NCBI RefSeq assembly: GCF_044647545.1
Contig: NZ_CP172818.1
Length of the DNA: 64,000 nt
Reading direction: 5' to 3' (one strand)
Source: Escherichia coli
GTDB taxonomy: Bacteria; Pseudomonadota; Gammaproteobacteria; Enterobacterales; Enterobacteriaceae
Shown here: positions 45,224 to 58,870 of the stretch, piece by piece
Layout of the letters: each line of letters opens with the position of its first letter
Numbering within the stretch: position 1 is the first letter of the stretch
The notes under the pieces: model-generated
Databases searched by the model: none
Seen by the model: the letters and a program-made list of their open reading frames with translations, nothing else
What the model was told of the DNA's origin: nothing
Program-made: the position numbers and the translations under genes

Positions 45224-46297
45224 TCACTTCTTATCTATACAACTTAATCTCTTTACTGAATTAGTTAAAGTTTCAGTATCGATATCTTTTACCGTATATG
45301 TTGGGGATACTATTTGTATAGATTTATGATGATTCGGGGACCAAATTAAATGCGAGGGATATTCCGGAGTACGTGAATTAGGGTAAAATGCAAGCGTTGG
45401 TTTATGATAAGCCGCAGCGATATGAACAAGAGCTGTATCAACAGAAATGACAAAATCACTATACTTGGTCAACGCAACGGTATAAATAAACTCATCAAAT
45501 GGTAGTGTTTCGATTTCAAGTATTGGTATTGTCAATAAATCTTGCGGTAACCCGGTAAATATAATCCGATAATTTTCAAAGTGTGTTTTCACTTCTTGAT
45601 ATATAACTTTTATTTGCTCAAACGTAAGACGGCATATTTTTTTTGCACCTAATGGATTAATAATGACTATTCTTGTATCTCCAATAAATTCTTTTATTTT
45701 ATCTTCAACATCTACTGGTAAATGCAAGTCGTAGTTGGTGGAAAATTTACCCTCACCATAAATATGCTTCAGTATTTCTATTGCTCGTGTACTCATATGT
45801 TCTTTTAAACATTCATCGTGGGGATGGTAAAATGAATAGTAACGCTTATACCAATGATCAAAACCCAGAATGTAAGAATCTTTTAAACTTGATAATATTA
45901 AGCTATGCTTAAATGAGGGCATAGTTTCAAAGGGGTCTAATACAATATCGAACTGTAAATCCCGCAGATGCTTACATAGAGTAAGCATTTCAAGAAAACC
46001 GGTTGATTCTTTAATACAGAACTCAAATATATTTTTATTATTAGAGAGAAATTCCCCACCCTTTCTATTTGTGAGAAGAGTTATTTTAACCCCTTTACTA
46101 TAAAGTTCACGATAAATCGAACTTAATACAATTAGATCACCAAGTTTATTATTATCATGAATAATAAGGCATGATTTAACTTGTGCTGGATCTGTAATTT
46201 GATTATTTATTTTATTACGAAATAAAAAAGAAAGGAAATTAATCTTGATTTTGTTTATATAAAATCTTTTCTTTTTGTGAAAAGTTCCTAAGCGCAT
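45224..46297 (-). CDS. waaU: LPS core heptosyltransferase IV (WaaU/RfaK)
   Basis: 357-aa GT9-family ORF; position in the K-12 core cluster. Confidence 0.85.
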   Translation of the reverse strand: MRLGTFHKKKRFYINKIKINFLSFLFRNKINNQITDPAQVKSCLIIHDNNKLGDLIVLSSIYRELYSKGVKITLLTNRKGGEFLSNNKNIFEFCIKESTGFLEMLTLCKHLRDLQFDIVLDPFETMPSFKHSLILSSLKDSYILGFDHWYKRYYSFYHPHDECLKEHMSTRAIEILKHIYGEGKFSTNYDLHLPVDVEDKIKEFIGDTRIVIINPLGAKKICRLTFEQIKVIYQEVKTHFENYRIIFTGLPQDLLTIPILEIETLPFDEFIYTVALTKYSDFVISVDTALVHIAAAYHKPTLAFYPNSRTPEYPSHLIWSPNHHKSIQIVSPTYTVKDIDTETLTNSVKRLSCIDKK

Positions 46298-46329
46298 TTT
46301 TATACCATATTATTTTAGTTTCAGGATGA

Positions 46330-47181
46330 TTAATTAGCATAAGAATCGGTTGAAGTTCTATATTGCATTTTTTTTCTTGTCATATCTTTTGATTCTTCTG
46401 CACTGATGTCTTGAAGTTTAATAAATGGAATTACATCGTAAGAAATAGCTGTATCATCTGATAAATTATAAATATTAATATCTTTTACATTATCATGCAT
46501 AAAACGAAAAAATGGCAATATTTTGAATAAATCCCTACTTAATTCCGAGGGCATGGGATTTTTATTCTCATCATAGAAACGAGAACAGCTACCCGTTAAA
46601 TCAAGACCAGAACAAATAATCCGCGCATACTTAAGTGAATATGCGATTTGAATTGCAGCAAAGGCAATAGTATGGCATGAGCAATAACCAAGACTAATGT
46701 CCTTGCAAAATCCAACCAGACGACCTTTTTTAGACAACGGTACAGAGATCAGCAGTTCTTTGTGAATCTGTCTCAAAATATTAAATTTAATCTTCTTTAT
46801 AAAACCACCTTTTTCCCGACGGTAAAAGGACCGTAATACGAGGCAGTTCTGGAGGATATAAAGTTTATCTTCTTTGGAAGCGTGTTCATAAACGTCAACG
46901 TTTACTATGGTATAACGACTTCTCTGGCTAAATTTATAAAAATCATCACGACGCTGATGTAAAAATCGGACATCTGTAAGTACATATATAAAAGGAACGA
47001 TATTATTACTTAACAGATATTGCGCAGAACCATTGACAGCAATAATATCCTTTGTTCGTAATACTGACAAAGGTGTTTTTTGCGATGTAGGGCCCGAAAG
47101 AAAAATAATAACATCATCAGATATTTTATTTTCAATCAGGTTTTCAACATCTTTTTTGTCAATGTATCTAATATTCTTCAT
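46330..47181 (-). CDS. waaZ: LPS core biosynthesis protein WaaZ (KdoIII-related)
   Basis: 283-aa ORF (MKNIRYIDKKDVENLIENKISDDVIIFLSGPTSQ...); K-12 core-type gene. Confidence 0.8.
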   Translation of the reverse strand: MKNIRYIDKKDVENLIENKISDDVIIFLSGPTSQKTPLSVLRTKDIIAVNGSAQYLLSNNIVPFIYVLTDVRFLHQRRDDFYKFSQRSRYTIVNVDVYEHASKEDKLYILQNCLVLRSFYRREKGGFIKKIKFNILRQIHKELLISVPLSKKGRLVGFCKDISLGYCSCHTIAFAAIQIAYSLKYARIICSGLDLTGSCSRFYDENKNPMPSELSRDLFKILPFFRFMHDNVKDINIYNLSDDTAISYDVIPFIKLQDISAEESKDMTRKKMQYRTSTDSYAN

Positions 47182-47251
47182 GATAAACCTGTGAAATAAA
47201 TAACTCCGCTTAAAACTGTCCTGGTGAAGACATGTAATTGTGGGATTTTTT

Positions 47252-47950
47252 TTAGCGCGCTGGTTTCCCTTTCAAACGCCGCATAAAATTGCGCATTTTT
47301 TTACGATATACTAAAAGATAATAGCCTAGATCTCTAATCTCATTTTTAATACCGTAATGACGCTCTAAGTCAATACGATCTTTCGCTTTACGCTGCGCTG
47401 AAGCACGCTTTCCGGAGAGATCGATAATTCGAACCTCACCATTTTTTATAATGAAGTTACCACGATGGGGGTCGCCAGAAACCATGCCATGTTGATGTAA
47501 GGCATTAATTGATTGCTGAATTTTATTTTTTAGCGCATCATCAATATCGGGCATATCACACAACTCTATGCCATCAATATACTCGATGATCATGATATAA
47601 GTATGGACAAAACGTAAGGTTTTCCGTTCAGCCAATAAATAAAAGTCATTGAGTGTATTTAACCCTTCATTTCGTACTTTTTGGGTTTGCTCAAAAAGGC
47701 GTTCGTAATAATCACCTTTTAACAGAGACTTAAAGAAACGTTCGTTACGCTTAACTTTCGGAGAAAAAACCTTAAGAATCAATTTACCGTAATCGGTATC
47801 AATAAGCATAACTTTTGTATCATCAATAGAACGAAAAACCTTGATGATATTTATATTATAAGACAAGAAGTCATTTAATACATTGAGGTACTTTGAATTG
47901 TTTTCATCGGTAAAAACAACCAAGTCTTTGATCTTGCTCTTCTGAATCAT
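47252..47950 (-). CDS. waaY: LPS core heptose II kinase WaaY
   Basis: 232-aa ORF (MIQKSKIKDLVVFTDENNSKYLNVLNDF...), WaaP-like kinase fold. Confidence 0.85.
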   Translation of the reverse strand: MIQKSKIKDLVVFTDENNSKYLNVLNDFLSYNINIIKVFRSIDDTKVMLIDTDYGKLILKVFSPKVKRNERFFKSLLKGDYYERLFEQTQKVRNEGLNTLNDFYLLAERKTLRFVHTYIMIIEYIDGIELCDMPDIDDALKNKIQQSINALHQHGMVSGDPHRGNFIIKNGEVRIIDLSGKRASAQRKAKDRIDLERHYGIKNEIRDLGYYLLVYRKKMRNFMRRLKGKPAR

Positions 47951-47967
47951 AATAAACCAGTTAAATG

Positions 47968-48984
47968 TTATTTACGGTAATATTTTCGGCAAAGATAACA
48001 GACTCCTGCTATAATTCCTGAGATATAATGATGTTGCACTAAAAGATGTTTATATCTTTTTTTAAATTCAATAATTGATTTCGCATCTCGTGGAGAGTCA
48101 TCTTTCCAGGGGGAATTTTCTAAAGCTATTTTATAGTATTTTACCGATGGATAAATTGCCCATTTGTGCCACGGTTTAGTTGCACCTGTATAATGAATAA
48201 GAAGAGTACTTTCTGTAATCAGCTTTTTATAGTTTTGATGTGTTTTGTCTTTTAATTCACTTTTAATTGTATAAATTGTATTGTACTCACGAGGCAAAAA
48301 TAATGTCATCCCTTTCAGTAAGACATTCATAACATCCTGATCAGGGTATTTATAAACATTATCTTTACTCATAAGAATAGACAACGCTTTTTCTGTTAGT
48401 TTTGCGTCAGCCCATTTTTTTAAGTCTAAATAAACGACACCGGAATTAAAGTACTGCCCAAGTAATTCAGGATCAGACAACCTGGATACCGCCTTTTCTT
48501 GCATTGGCTCAACATCTTTAACAACAGCAGCAACCGCTCCATTTAAACCCAGATGTAATAGTTGGCTAATATCGCCTTTACAAACAACATCTGCATCAAG
48601 ATAAAGCAAACGATCAAGCGTTAAACCCAATAATTGAAATGCAAATAAACGGAAGTACATTGCTCTTGACCAGACCTGTGTACAAGGCAAGCACTGGAGC
48701 TTATCAGTGTTAATTCTATATAACGTGATTCTTAATTGGTTTTGCTCTGCAAGCTTTGCAATTTTTTGAAAAAAACCATCATTATAAACATCAGCAATAA
48801 TATAAAAATCAAGATTAATATGTCGATTATTTAGGACAATTGATGTGATGGAAACACCTACACCATCAAGATAATTAGCATCGACACCATAGGCAACATT
48901 TAAACATTCAGAAGTATTTATATTAGCTAGCCGAAAATCCCAGGCTTTAACTTTATCTATCTCTATGGCAGGAAATGAGTCCAC
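47968..48984 (-). CDS. waaJ: LPS 1,2-glucosyltransferase (WaaJ/WaaR, GT8)
   Basis: 338-aa GT8 ORF with a DxD motif. Confidence 0.85.
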   Translation of the reverse strand: MDSFPAIEIDKVKAWDFRLANINTSECLNVAYGVDANYLDGVGVSITSIVLNNRHINLDFYIIADVYNDGFFQKIAKLAEQNQLRITLYRINTDKLQCLPCTQVWSRAMYFRLFAFQLLGLTLDRLLYLDADVVCKGDISQLLHLGLNGAVAAVVKDVEPMQEKAVSRLSDPELLGQYFNSGVVYLDLKKWADAKLTEKALSILMSKDNVYKYPDQDVMNVLLKGMTLFLPREYNTIYTIKSELKDKTHQNYKKLITESTLLIHYTGATKPWHKWAIYPSVKYYKIALENSPWKDDSPRDAKSIIEFKKRYKHLLVQHHYISGIIAGVCYLCRKYYRK

Positions 48985-49023
48985 AATGCTACCCTTATAT
49001 CATTACTTTATAGTTTCCCAGTT

Positions 49024-50043
49024 TTAATGCTTTATCTTTTCAATAAAATAAAAAAGATAGTTGCTAAATCCTTTTAGATATCTATGCTTTTTAAGCATAT
49101 GTTTTGCGCTATATCTTAATTGATTGCTATTGTTCGGTTTCAGCAACGCCGTATTCTTCCATGGCGAAGCATTTTTTGCCTCCATAAAGGCTTGTGATAC
49201 AGGATAATCCCAGGCCCAATCATGCCAGGGCTTGGTTGGCCCGATATAATGGATAAAAATAGTATCGTTGGTTACTGGGTTTATAAAGCTTTCTTTGAGT
49301 TGATAATTTAAGCTGAACTGGGTGTTATATTTAATATCAGCGAAAATAAGTTTATCCGCCAGCAACATATTTAACACATCCTGATCAGGATGTGTTATTT
49401 TTTTGATTATTTCTGGCTCATTTAGCATTGCAATAGCTCGTGCAGAAACCTGCTGAGCCGCCCATTGGGCAGTATTAATCAATAAAAAACCGGAGTTAAA
49501 GTAACCTTTAGCAATTCCCGCAACACCTAACGAATGGGCGCGTTTTTCCCACCAGTCAGCTTGCCCTTCTGTAACAACCATTGCGACTTTATCGTCAGGA
49601 AATGAGAAATTAATTAGTGGCTCAATAGTCCCCTGACAAATGATATCTGCATCCAGATAAAGGACTTTAGGCGCCTTATTAATAAAGTAATCTGCAATAA
49701 CAAAACGAAAATATATTGCATGAGTCCAATTCTTAGTGCTAGGCAATGAGCGCAGTCGATCACCATTAATCAGATATATTTTAATTCTGGTTTTATACTG
49801 CAACGCCAGGGCATCAAAATACTTACGATCATCATCACCAAAATAATCAGTAAAAATATGGAAACACAATCGACTTCCTTCATTATATTTTAATATTGAA
49901 GCAATCGAAATTCCGCAACCAAATAGAAAGTTTTTGTCAGTTCCATAAGCGATGTCCAGACAAAGATTTTCTGTTTCTACTTTATGATCATAATCAATAA
50001 CTGAATTAAGAAACTCAGTTTCCTGGAAAAACACCTGCTGCAT
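49024..50043 (-). CDS. waaO: LPS 1,3-glucosyltransferase (WaaO/WaaI, GT8)
   Basis: 339-aa GT8 ORF paralogous to the preceding gene. Confidence 0.85.
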   Translation of the reverse strand: MQQVFFQETEFLNSVIDYDHKVETENLCLDIAYGTDKNFLFGCGISIASILKYNEGSRLCFHIFTDYFGDDDRKYFDALALQYKTRIKIYLINGDRLRSLPSTKNWTHAIYFRFVIADYFINKAPKVLYLDADIICQGTIEPLINFSFPDDKVAMVVTEGQADWWEKRAHSLGVAGIAKGYFNSGFLLINTAQWAAQQVSARAIAMLNEPEIIKKITHPDQDVLNMLLADKLIFADIKYNTQFSLNYQLKESFINPVTNDTIFIHYIGPTKPWHDWAWDYPVSQAFMEAKNASPWKNTALLKPNNSNQLRYSAKHMLKKHRYLKGFSNYLFYFIEKIKH

Positions 50044-51122
50044 TATTTCCTCCGGGAAATAGCAGAAATAATTACCTTATGTAATCTATCGTAATACTTC
50101 GATTGGTAAAATTCATCGATCGACGCAGGAATTTTTTCATGTTCGATATGAATTTCACCTGCTATATATTTATTTAGAAGAGTTACAAAACCAGCAATAT
50201 CTCCCGGTTGATACAGATGGCCATTGACATCAGGTTGAATAATGTCAGCAGGCCCGGAGACACAATCGGCACTGATACAAGGAATCCCCCACGACAAGGC
50301 TTCAAGTAGGGTCATTGGGAAACCTTCAAAAGATGACGTGAGCAATAACGCACTCACTTTTTCAATATCTTGCTGGACCAATTCCCAGGGATATTGTTGC
50401 CAACCATACCAGACAATTCGATCATCAATATTTAATTCTCTACCATAAGCCTGGCATTTTTCGAAATCGGAGCCATCACCCAATACATGGAGTTTCCAGT
50501 TACCTTTCGCTTGTGATAAGCCATCAAGCAGGTCTTTAACTCTTTTCTGGCCTTCAAATTTCATACGCCCAACATAAATAAACGTTGCCGTTTCACCTTC
50601 CTCGGGCGCGGGAATGACTGAGTCTTTAGTTTCGACGGGATTAAAAATAACATTTATCGTCGATTCTGCTACACCTCGATTAATCATTTGCTGTTTAATG
50701 CCAGAGCTGATTGCTAAATGATAGTCGGCACAGGTGATATATTCAGCATGTTTTTTGTGATCTAAAGAAAAATGTGGCCATGAAAATACTGGCATATCAA
50801 TTCCTGATTTTTTACGTGCTTTTGCGGCAAACAGGCAGGAGATCACATCAATACAAATAACGATATCTGGTTGGTACTCCTGAAGCCATTTACTTAGAGC
50901 ATGAATATGTTTCGCCCGACGCAAAAAACCTAAACGAATATTGGAAAATGAACATGAGTATTTAATACCTTCCAGCCATCCCTTATCCATTTTGTCATTA
51001 CGACAAAAGAAAAACATTTCACTTTGGATATGTTGTTGCCTGAAGGTAGTAATAACATCACGGATGACAGTTTCCATGCCGCCAAATCCAGAAACAGCTT
51101 CGCCGATAAACGCTATTTTCAT
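50043..51122 (-). CDS. waaB: LPS 1,6-galactosyltransferase WaaB
   Basis: 359-aa product from the ATG at 51122 (MKIAFIGEAVSGFGGMETVIRDVITTF...), GT4 fold. Confidence 0.85.
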   Translation of the reverse strand: MKIAFIGEAVSGFGGMETVIRDVITTFRQQHIQSEMFFFCRNDKMDKGWLEGIKYSCSFSNIRLGFLRRAKHIHALSKWLQEYQPDIVICIDVISCLFAAKARKKSGIDMPVFSWPHFSLDHKKHAEYITCADYHLAISSGIKQQMINRGVAESTINVIFNPVETKDSVIPAPEEGETATFIYVGRMKFEGQKRVKDLLDGLSQAKGNWKLHVLGDGSDFEKCQAYGRELNIDDRIVWYGWQQYPWELVQQDIEKVSALLLTSSFEGFPMTLLEALSWGIPCISADCVSGPADIIQPDVNGHLYQPGDIAGFVTLLNKYIAGEIHIEHEKIPASIDEFYQSKYYDRLHKVIISAISRRK

Positions 51123-51165
51123 AGAAACTCTCATTAATTGAGTAAAACTCACTGTTTTAACGGTT

Positions 51166-52101
51166 TTATTTGTCTATAAAATCAGAAACAATCGTTGACA
51201 TCATTTTATCTGGACTGAATTTATATAAACTATCATAATCCATTGGTTTAACAGATGAGTTAATAAAATACTCTAACTTATCCCAATCATCATGACCTAT
51301 TATAAAAAAGCGAGATTCACTATAGATTTCTGAACCAAATACATTTATATTATTAGTAATTAATTTTTTATTGAAAAATAGTGCCTCAAGTATACGAAGA
51401 GTCCAGCCAGATTGGTTTTCTTTGGTTATATCAACAATTATATTAGCATTTAATGTTCTTCTAATATTCTCTTCATAAGATATTTGTTTTTCAATCAAAT
51501 ACTTTGAAGTCGTAGATGATGTCTTATCTTTGACAACATTAAAATCTAGCTTACATCCTAGTGTTGTTAATCTCTCGGCTAACTCATTAATTATTTGAAG
51601 ACGCCCTTTATCACGACCAAGGAAAAAACATATTGGCTGGCTGTTATTTTTGTCAGATAAACTATAATTTCTAATTTCATCCATTCCTATAGGAAAAAAT
51701 TGTTCTATTGCCTTGATCTTTTCATTCCCTATAAATCTATGCTCAAAATCATATATAATATCGAAATAATTCGCGTTATCAAGAATAAAATCTTCGCCAA
51801 CAGTATTTCTTAGAAGCAAAACTTTATGACAGTTAATATTTTTTAATATTTGTTTATTGATACCTTTATTAACAACACTGTCATTAATGATAATTATGTC
51901 ATCTTTTTTAATATCATTGAGGTAATGCTTGATGAATAATCGCCCCAGCCATGCATTATCCATCCCTATTTTTGATATTTTTTTATTAATCCAGTTATAT
52001 TTTTTTGGTGTTGTTATATTTTTTATCTTGTACTTTTTTTTCAGGTACTGAATCATTTTTAATTCATAATCTGCAACCCAATTTATAAAATAAATAGTCA
52101 T
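51166..52101 (-). CDS. waaS: LPS core biosynthesis protein WaaS (rhamnosyltransferase-like)
   Basis: 311-aa AT-rich ORF ([33 protein letters not shown]...). Confidence 0.8.
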
Positions 52102-52137
52102 AATAAAGTTAGTTCCAGTACATACTAATAAATATTT

Positions 52138-52935
52138 TTATAATCCTTTGCGTTGTGTTCGCTCTTTAATACGCTCGGCCTTAACGCTTGCCATGTTCAA
52201 TAAATTCTGTTCAAGAGACAATATTTTGCGTAAAGGCATCCCAAAATACACTTTCATAAACCGCCAGATATCCCGCTGAGTCAGGCCGATATTCATCGAA
52301 GAAAAATAAAGCCCAATAAGATCTTTATCGCGCCAACGACGTGGAACGCGCGTGCGAAGCTGCGCCCGGTGCAGGTCAATTACTGAAATTTTTAACTCCT
52401 CTTCCTTACCGGAAAAAGGCAAGTGCAGCAGGAAATGACAGATATAACAGTCACGGTGGTTAATGCCCGCAGCATGCATATCGCGCACCATCGTCGCGAC
52501 ACGCTTAATAAGCATACGCTTTACGCGAACATCTGGTGGGTTGGTCGCCCAGTCAGCACAGTAATCTTCCAGACTGATGGTTGGTGTCAGATCTTCGGTA
52601 ATAATAAACGAGGTTCTGGTCAGCGGATTAATGCCTTTTTCGCCGAATGCCACCCCATACATAGTATCAACGCCGACATCCCGCAGTCGATGAATCGCAT
52701 TCCATTCGCGGTCTGCGCCTAATACTGGCATCCGCAATGAGAGTAAATTTTTGATTATCTCTTTCAGGGTCGTGCCGCGATGCCATTTGAGAAAATAGCT
52801 TTTGCCCGCCATTTCAAAGCGCAGAGTGCGGCGAGTTTCCAGTTCACGAAATACCTCACCCTGCAAGGTTTTAACTTCCTCAAAAGGATCTTTACCGCGC
52901 CATAACGTGGCAAACGGCTCTTTAAGTTCAACCAT
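52138..52935 (-). CDS. waaP: LPS core heptose I kinase WaaP
   Basis: 265-aa product ([40 protein letters not shown]...). Confidence 0.9.
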   Translation of the reverse strand: MVELKEPFATLWRGKDPFEEVKTLQGEVFRELETRRTLRFEMAGKSYFLKWHRGTTLKEIIKNLLSLRMPVLGADREWNAIHRLRDVGVDTMYGVAFGEKGINPLTRTSFIITEDLTPTISLEDYCADWATNPPDVRVKRMLIKRVATMVRDMHAAGINHRDCYICHFLLHLPFSGKEEELKISVIDLHRAQLRTRVPRRWRDKDLIGLYFSSMNIGLTQRDIWRFMKVYFGMPLRKILSLEQNLLNMASVKAERIKERTQRKGL

Positions 52936-54052
52936 CCAGACCACCCGTTATGATGTCCGCTGCTTTCTCTGGCAGACTGTATAAATCTTGTGTATCAGCA
53001 TAATGTCGCGCATTTTCTGCCCAGGCCTGGCGCAATGAAGATTGCGTTAACGCTTTGCGTAAAATCTCATTCAATGTTTCCTGGCGGAATGGCTCAGCAA
53101 TAGCCTCGCCGCAATTGGCGTCAACAATATAATGCGCATAGCCACAAACGGCTGTTGTTAGTACCGGTAATCCTGCAGTAATCGCTTCCAGCAGCACAAT
53201 TCCCGCCGCTTCCTGGTAGGCAGGATGAAGTAATAAATCCGCCGCCGCCATTAATTCCGAGACATCGTTGCGCCCCGAGAAGAAGTGAACATTACTGCGC
53301 ACGCCGCGTTTTTCTGCCAGCGCCTCAAATTTTCGCGGTTTATCCTGCCCAACAACATATAGTAATGTGTTGTGGCGCAGCGAATCCGGTAACGAAGCAA
53401 GTGCTTCAATGGAACGATCGACACCTTTACGCGTGAAGTCTGAACCGACCTGCAACAATAAATATTGTTGTTCGGTTATTCCATTCTTCTTACGGAAGAT
53501 TTCACGGCTATTCGCTGGTTGCTGGCTATATTTACGATCAGGATAAATCCCCGGTGGCAGAATATGAAAACGCTCCGCTTCAGTCTGATAATGTTTCTGG
53601 AAATCGGCGATTTGCTTATCTGTCAGCATCAGCAGCTGTGTCGGCTTGCCCTGTTCGAAGGTTGCCCGCTCAAAGGCGGCATAATGGCGATAACGTGACG
53701 TCAGGCGATAGAAAAAGCCTTTCTCCTGCGCTACTTTCTCGGCATAACAAACATCAGCGGCATAATAAACGTCCAGCCCCGGCATTTTATTAAATCCAAC
53801 GACTCTATCGACGGGGTATTCACGTAAATGTTTTTGCACCCAGGCAAAATATTCCGCATTGCGCCCGTGATTGGTATGCGATTTAACCGGCACTTTGATC
53901 AGTTCAAATACATCAGGGCATTCGCCTTCCCACGACTGGGTATAAACCCGAACATGATGACCTCGGGCGGCAACTGTCTGAGCAATACGCATAAAATCGC
54001 GCTGCAAACCGCCAAAGGGAAAATATTTATATAAACAAAAAGCAACGATCAT
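52928..54052 (-). CDS. waaG: LPS glucosyltransferase I WaaG
   Basis: 374-aa GT4 ORF ([43 protein letters not shown]...). Confidence 0.9.
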   Translation of the reverse strand: MIVAFCLYKYFPFGGLQRDFMRIAQTVAARGHHVRVYTQSWEGECPDVFELIKVPVKSHTNHGRNAEYFAWVQKHLREYPVDRVVGFNKMPGLDVYYAADVCYAEKVAQEKGFFYRLTSRYRHYAAFERATFEQGKPTQLLMLTDKQIADFQKHYQTEAERFHILPPGIYPDRKYSQQPANSREIFRKKNGITEQQYLLLQVGSDFTRKGVDRSIEALASLPDSLRHNTLLYVVGQDKPRKFEALAEKRGVRSNVHFFSGRNDVSELMAAADLLLHPAYQEAAGIVLLEAITAGLPVLTTAVCGYAHYIVDANCGEAIAEPFRQETLNEILRKALTQSSLRQAWAENARHYADTQDLYSLPEKAADIITGGLDG

Positions 54053-55107
54053 AACGACGTACCTGTCGTGGAGGAGGGAAGTAATTTATCGACAGCTGCA
54101 ATGACATCTGCCGCCGGAATAACCGAAAGATACATCTCATTTCGGTCACGCTGATCGCGCGTTGGCATTTCCCGGTAATCTCCCGCCCAGAATTGAATCA
54201 TGTTATTTGACCAGGGACGCCAGAAAATATGGTCTGTCGCACCAAACAGCGATATCAGTGGCGTATTAACTGCAGCGGCAATATGCGCCGGTGCGGAATC
54301 AACGCCAATAAACAGCTGCGCATGATCGATTAACGCACCAAGTTCCGGGAAGGTCACCTTTCCGGCCAGTGCCGTTACTGGTGGCGTCTGGCATCCCTGC
54401 GCAATTTCATTGACGCAGGCCAGATCGTCTTTATCTGGGCCGGACGTCAGAACGACTTCATAACCACGAGCATGTAAGGCATCAATCACAGCGGAAAACT
54501 TGGCGTTGTCCCAGCATTTGAAGATTTGCCGCGCCGTAGGTTGGATAACCACATAATTTTGTCCAACACCAGCGTGATCAAGTTCGCGACGCATACGTTT
54601 CCAGCTTGCAGGCGGGTAACTCATGGTTGTCTGCTTCACCAACGATTCAAGTCCCAATGGCGTCAGCACGGATAAGTTACTTTCCACCACATTTCCACCC
54701 TGCAACGGCACCAAATGAGTGAAACTATTACGCCAAAAAGCAGACTGCCGATGATGATAATCCTGGGAAATTTTCACACGGGCATTTAATAAGCGAACCA
54801 GTATAGCAACCATCCATTGATCGGTAAGATTAACGATAAGGTCATACTTATTGGCACGTAATATCTTGATGAGATGGAAAAAGTTGGCAATTTTTTCTGA
54901 GGCTTTTGCTTTTTTATTTTTTATGCCGTAGAGCGCGTTAATCTCTGGATTTTCAGACAGGATCGGGATGGTGTCCTGATAAAGCAGCACATCGATTTTT
55001 GCGTCAGGGTAATTTTTTTTCAGCGAACTAATGACGGGAGTAGTTAATAACATATCCCCATGAAAACGCATCTTAATGAGCAAAATTCTTCGAAATGGCT
55101 TATCCAC
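54049..55107 (-). CDS. waaQ: LPS heptosyltransferase III WaaQ
   Basis: GT9-family ORF; the track start is the GTG at 55107 (352 aa). A TTG at 55083 would give the 344-aa length I recall for K-12 WaaQ, so the start is uncertain. Confidence 0.85.
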   Translation of the reverse strand: MDKPFRRILLIKMRFHGDMLLTTPVISSLKKNYPDAKIDVLLYQDTIPILSENPEINALYGIKNKKAKASEKIANFFHLIKILRANKYDLIVNLTDQWMVAILVRLLNARVKISQDYHHRQSAFWRNSFTHLVPLQGGNVVESNLSVLTPLGLESLVKQTTMSYPPASWKRMRRELDHAGVGQNYVVIQPTARQIFKCWDNAKFSAVIDALHARGYEVVLTSGPDKDDLACVNEIAQGCQTPPVTALAGKVTFPELGALIDHAQLFIGVDSAPAHIAAAVNTPLISLFGATDHIFWRPWSNNMIQFWAGDYREMPTRDQRDRNEMYLSVIPAADVIAAVDKLLPSSTTGTSL

Positions 55108-55156
55108 AAGTAACTCTTTTTGTTGAGATTATCCGATTAAGGTGAAGCAGAAAAAG

Positions 55157-55168
55157 CACGCTACCGCC
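55157..55168 (-). promoter_or_regulatory. ops element (GGCGGTAGCGTG) of the JUMPstart sequence in the waaQ operon leader; RfaH recruitment site
   Basis: Reverse complement of 55157-55168 is ggcggtagcgtg, located about 50-60 nt upstream of the waaQ start on the coding strand. Confidence 0.75.
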
Positions 55169-55519
55169 CCAGGCTCAACAGCTACCTGAATACTGATACC
55201 GCACTGATATTGACGCGCTAGTGTATCACTTCTTTCGCGGCAATCCGACCCGAATGATTTTTAAGCACATTGTTGATTTTCAATAAAGAAATCAATCAAA
55301 TAAAATCATTAGCAACCATATTCTTTTACTGTTGCTCTGCGATTCCTTCCTGCACGTACTGCAGAAATCAATGAATCGCATAAAAATACAAAAAAAGTAT
55401 AGATGTTCAGCAAGAATTGGCGGGTAAATTGCTATTTAAGTCAAAAACGGGAAAAGTAATGGTAAAGCCACAGCTAAATACATAGAATCCCCAGCACATC
55501 CATAAGTCAGCTATTTACT

Positions 55520-57284
<1,765 letters not shown>

Positions 57285-57291
57285 CGTTTAT

Positions 57292-57313
57292 GCCGGATGG
57301 TATGCCATCCGGC
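57292..57313. terminator. Hairpin between convergent coaD and mutM (probable bidirectional terminator)
   Basis: Perfect 9-bp inverted repeat gccggatgg / ccatccggc with a 4-nt loop. Confidence 0.55.
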
Positions 57314-57322
57314 TCGCATCAA

Positions 57323-58132
57323 TTACTTCTGGCACTGCCGACAATAAAACGTTGCCCGCTGCGCATGTTTAGTCGCCACAATTGGCGTACCGCACACCCG
57401 ACACGGCTCGCCTTTTCGCCCGTAAACCTGCAATTCCTGCGCGAAATAGCCCGGTTTACCATCACTTTGCAGAAAATCTTTCAGCGTTGTACCACCCTGC
57501 TCAATCGAACGCAGCAACACCGCTTTAATCACCCGAGCTAACAATTCACACTCTGCCAGCGACAGTGATGACGCCAGCCGATCCGGATGGATCCCCGCAG
57601 CAAACAGAGATTCGCTGGCATAGATATTCCCTACGCCTACCACCAGCTTGTTATCCATCAGCCATGGTTTAATCGCCGTTTTTTTCTTCGCGCACTTCTG
57701 ATGCAGGTACTCACCGTTGAAATCGTCGCTAAGCGGCTCCGGTCCAAGATGGGCCAGCACGTTGTGCCCTTCCAGCTCTTTGGTCCACAGCCAGGCACCA
57801 AAGCGGCGCGGATCGGTGTAGCGCAGCACTTTACCGTTGCTCATCACCAAATCAACATGGTCATGCTTTTCAGGGGGAAGTTCTTCTGGAAGGATGCGCA
57901 GGCTGCCAGACATCCCCAAATGAATGATAATCCAGCCCTCAGGCAGCTCCAGCAGCAGATATTTAGCCCGCCGCTGCACGCTAAGCACTGGTTGGTCGCT
58001 TAAACGGTAGATCTCTTCTGAAACCGGCCAGCGCAAGCGTCCGTTGCGCACCACCGCATGAAGAATGGTTGCACCAACGAGATGCGGTTCTATGCCGCGA
58101 CGGCTGGTTTCAACTTCGGGTAATTCAGGCAT
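57323..58132 (-). CDS. mutM: Formamidopyrimidine-DNA glycosylase
   Basis: 269-aa ORF starting [20 protein letters not shown] with C-terminal zinc finger CRVCGTPI...CRQCQ. Confidence 0.95.
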
Positions 58133-58229
58133 AGCATCTCCAGGAATGAACAGATGCAGTCAATATGGGGGCAAGCAGATAACAAAAAACCCCGCCGGAG
58201 CGAGGTTTTTCGTTACATCAAAGCGAGAA

Positions 58230-58400
<171 letters not shown>

Positions 58401-58417
58401 TTATTTCCTCTAAGTAC

Positions 58418-58675
<258 letters not shown>

Positions 58676-58870
58676 TTAGCTCGAGCTTCGTATGGGGTAT
58701 TGGCGCCTCGTCAGGCTTTACAGCCCGGTCATCGCAGTTCTATGTGAACTCTCGATTGCCAGGCCCAAATGCCAAACCCGAGATTCTCAAAGGTGGCGTA
58801 GTATACGCTGACTCAGCGATGTGCTCAAGTCCCGAACAGACAAAGATCCCGAAGGATCGCGCATAGCGGG

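Noticed and set aside
58181-58210. Rho-independent terminator downstream of rpmG
   Set aside because: A GC-rich segment flanked by A and T runs (aaaaaaccccgccggagcgaggttttt) is present, but I could not define a clean stem by eye, so it is not reported as a feature.
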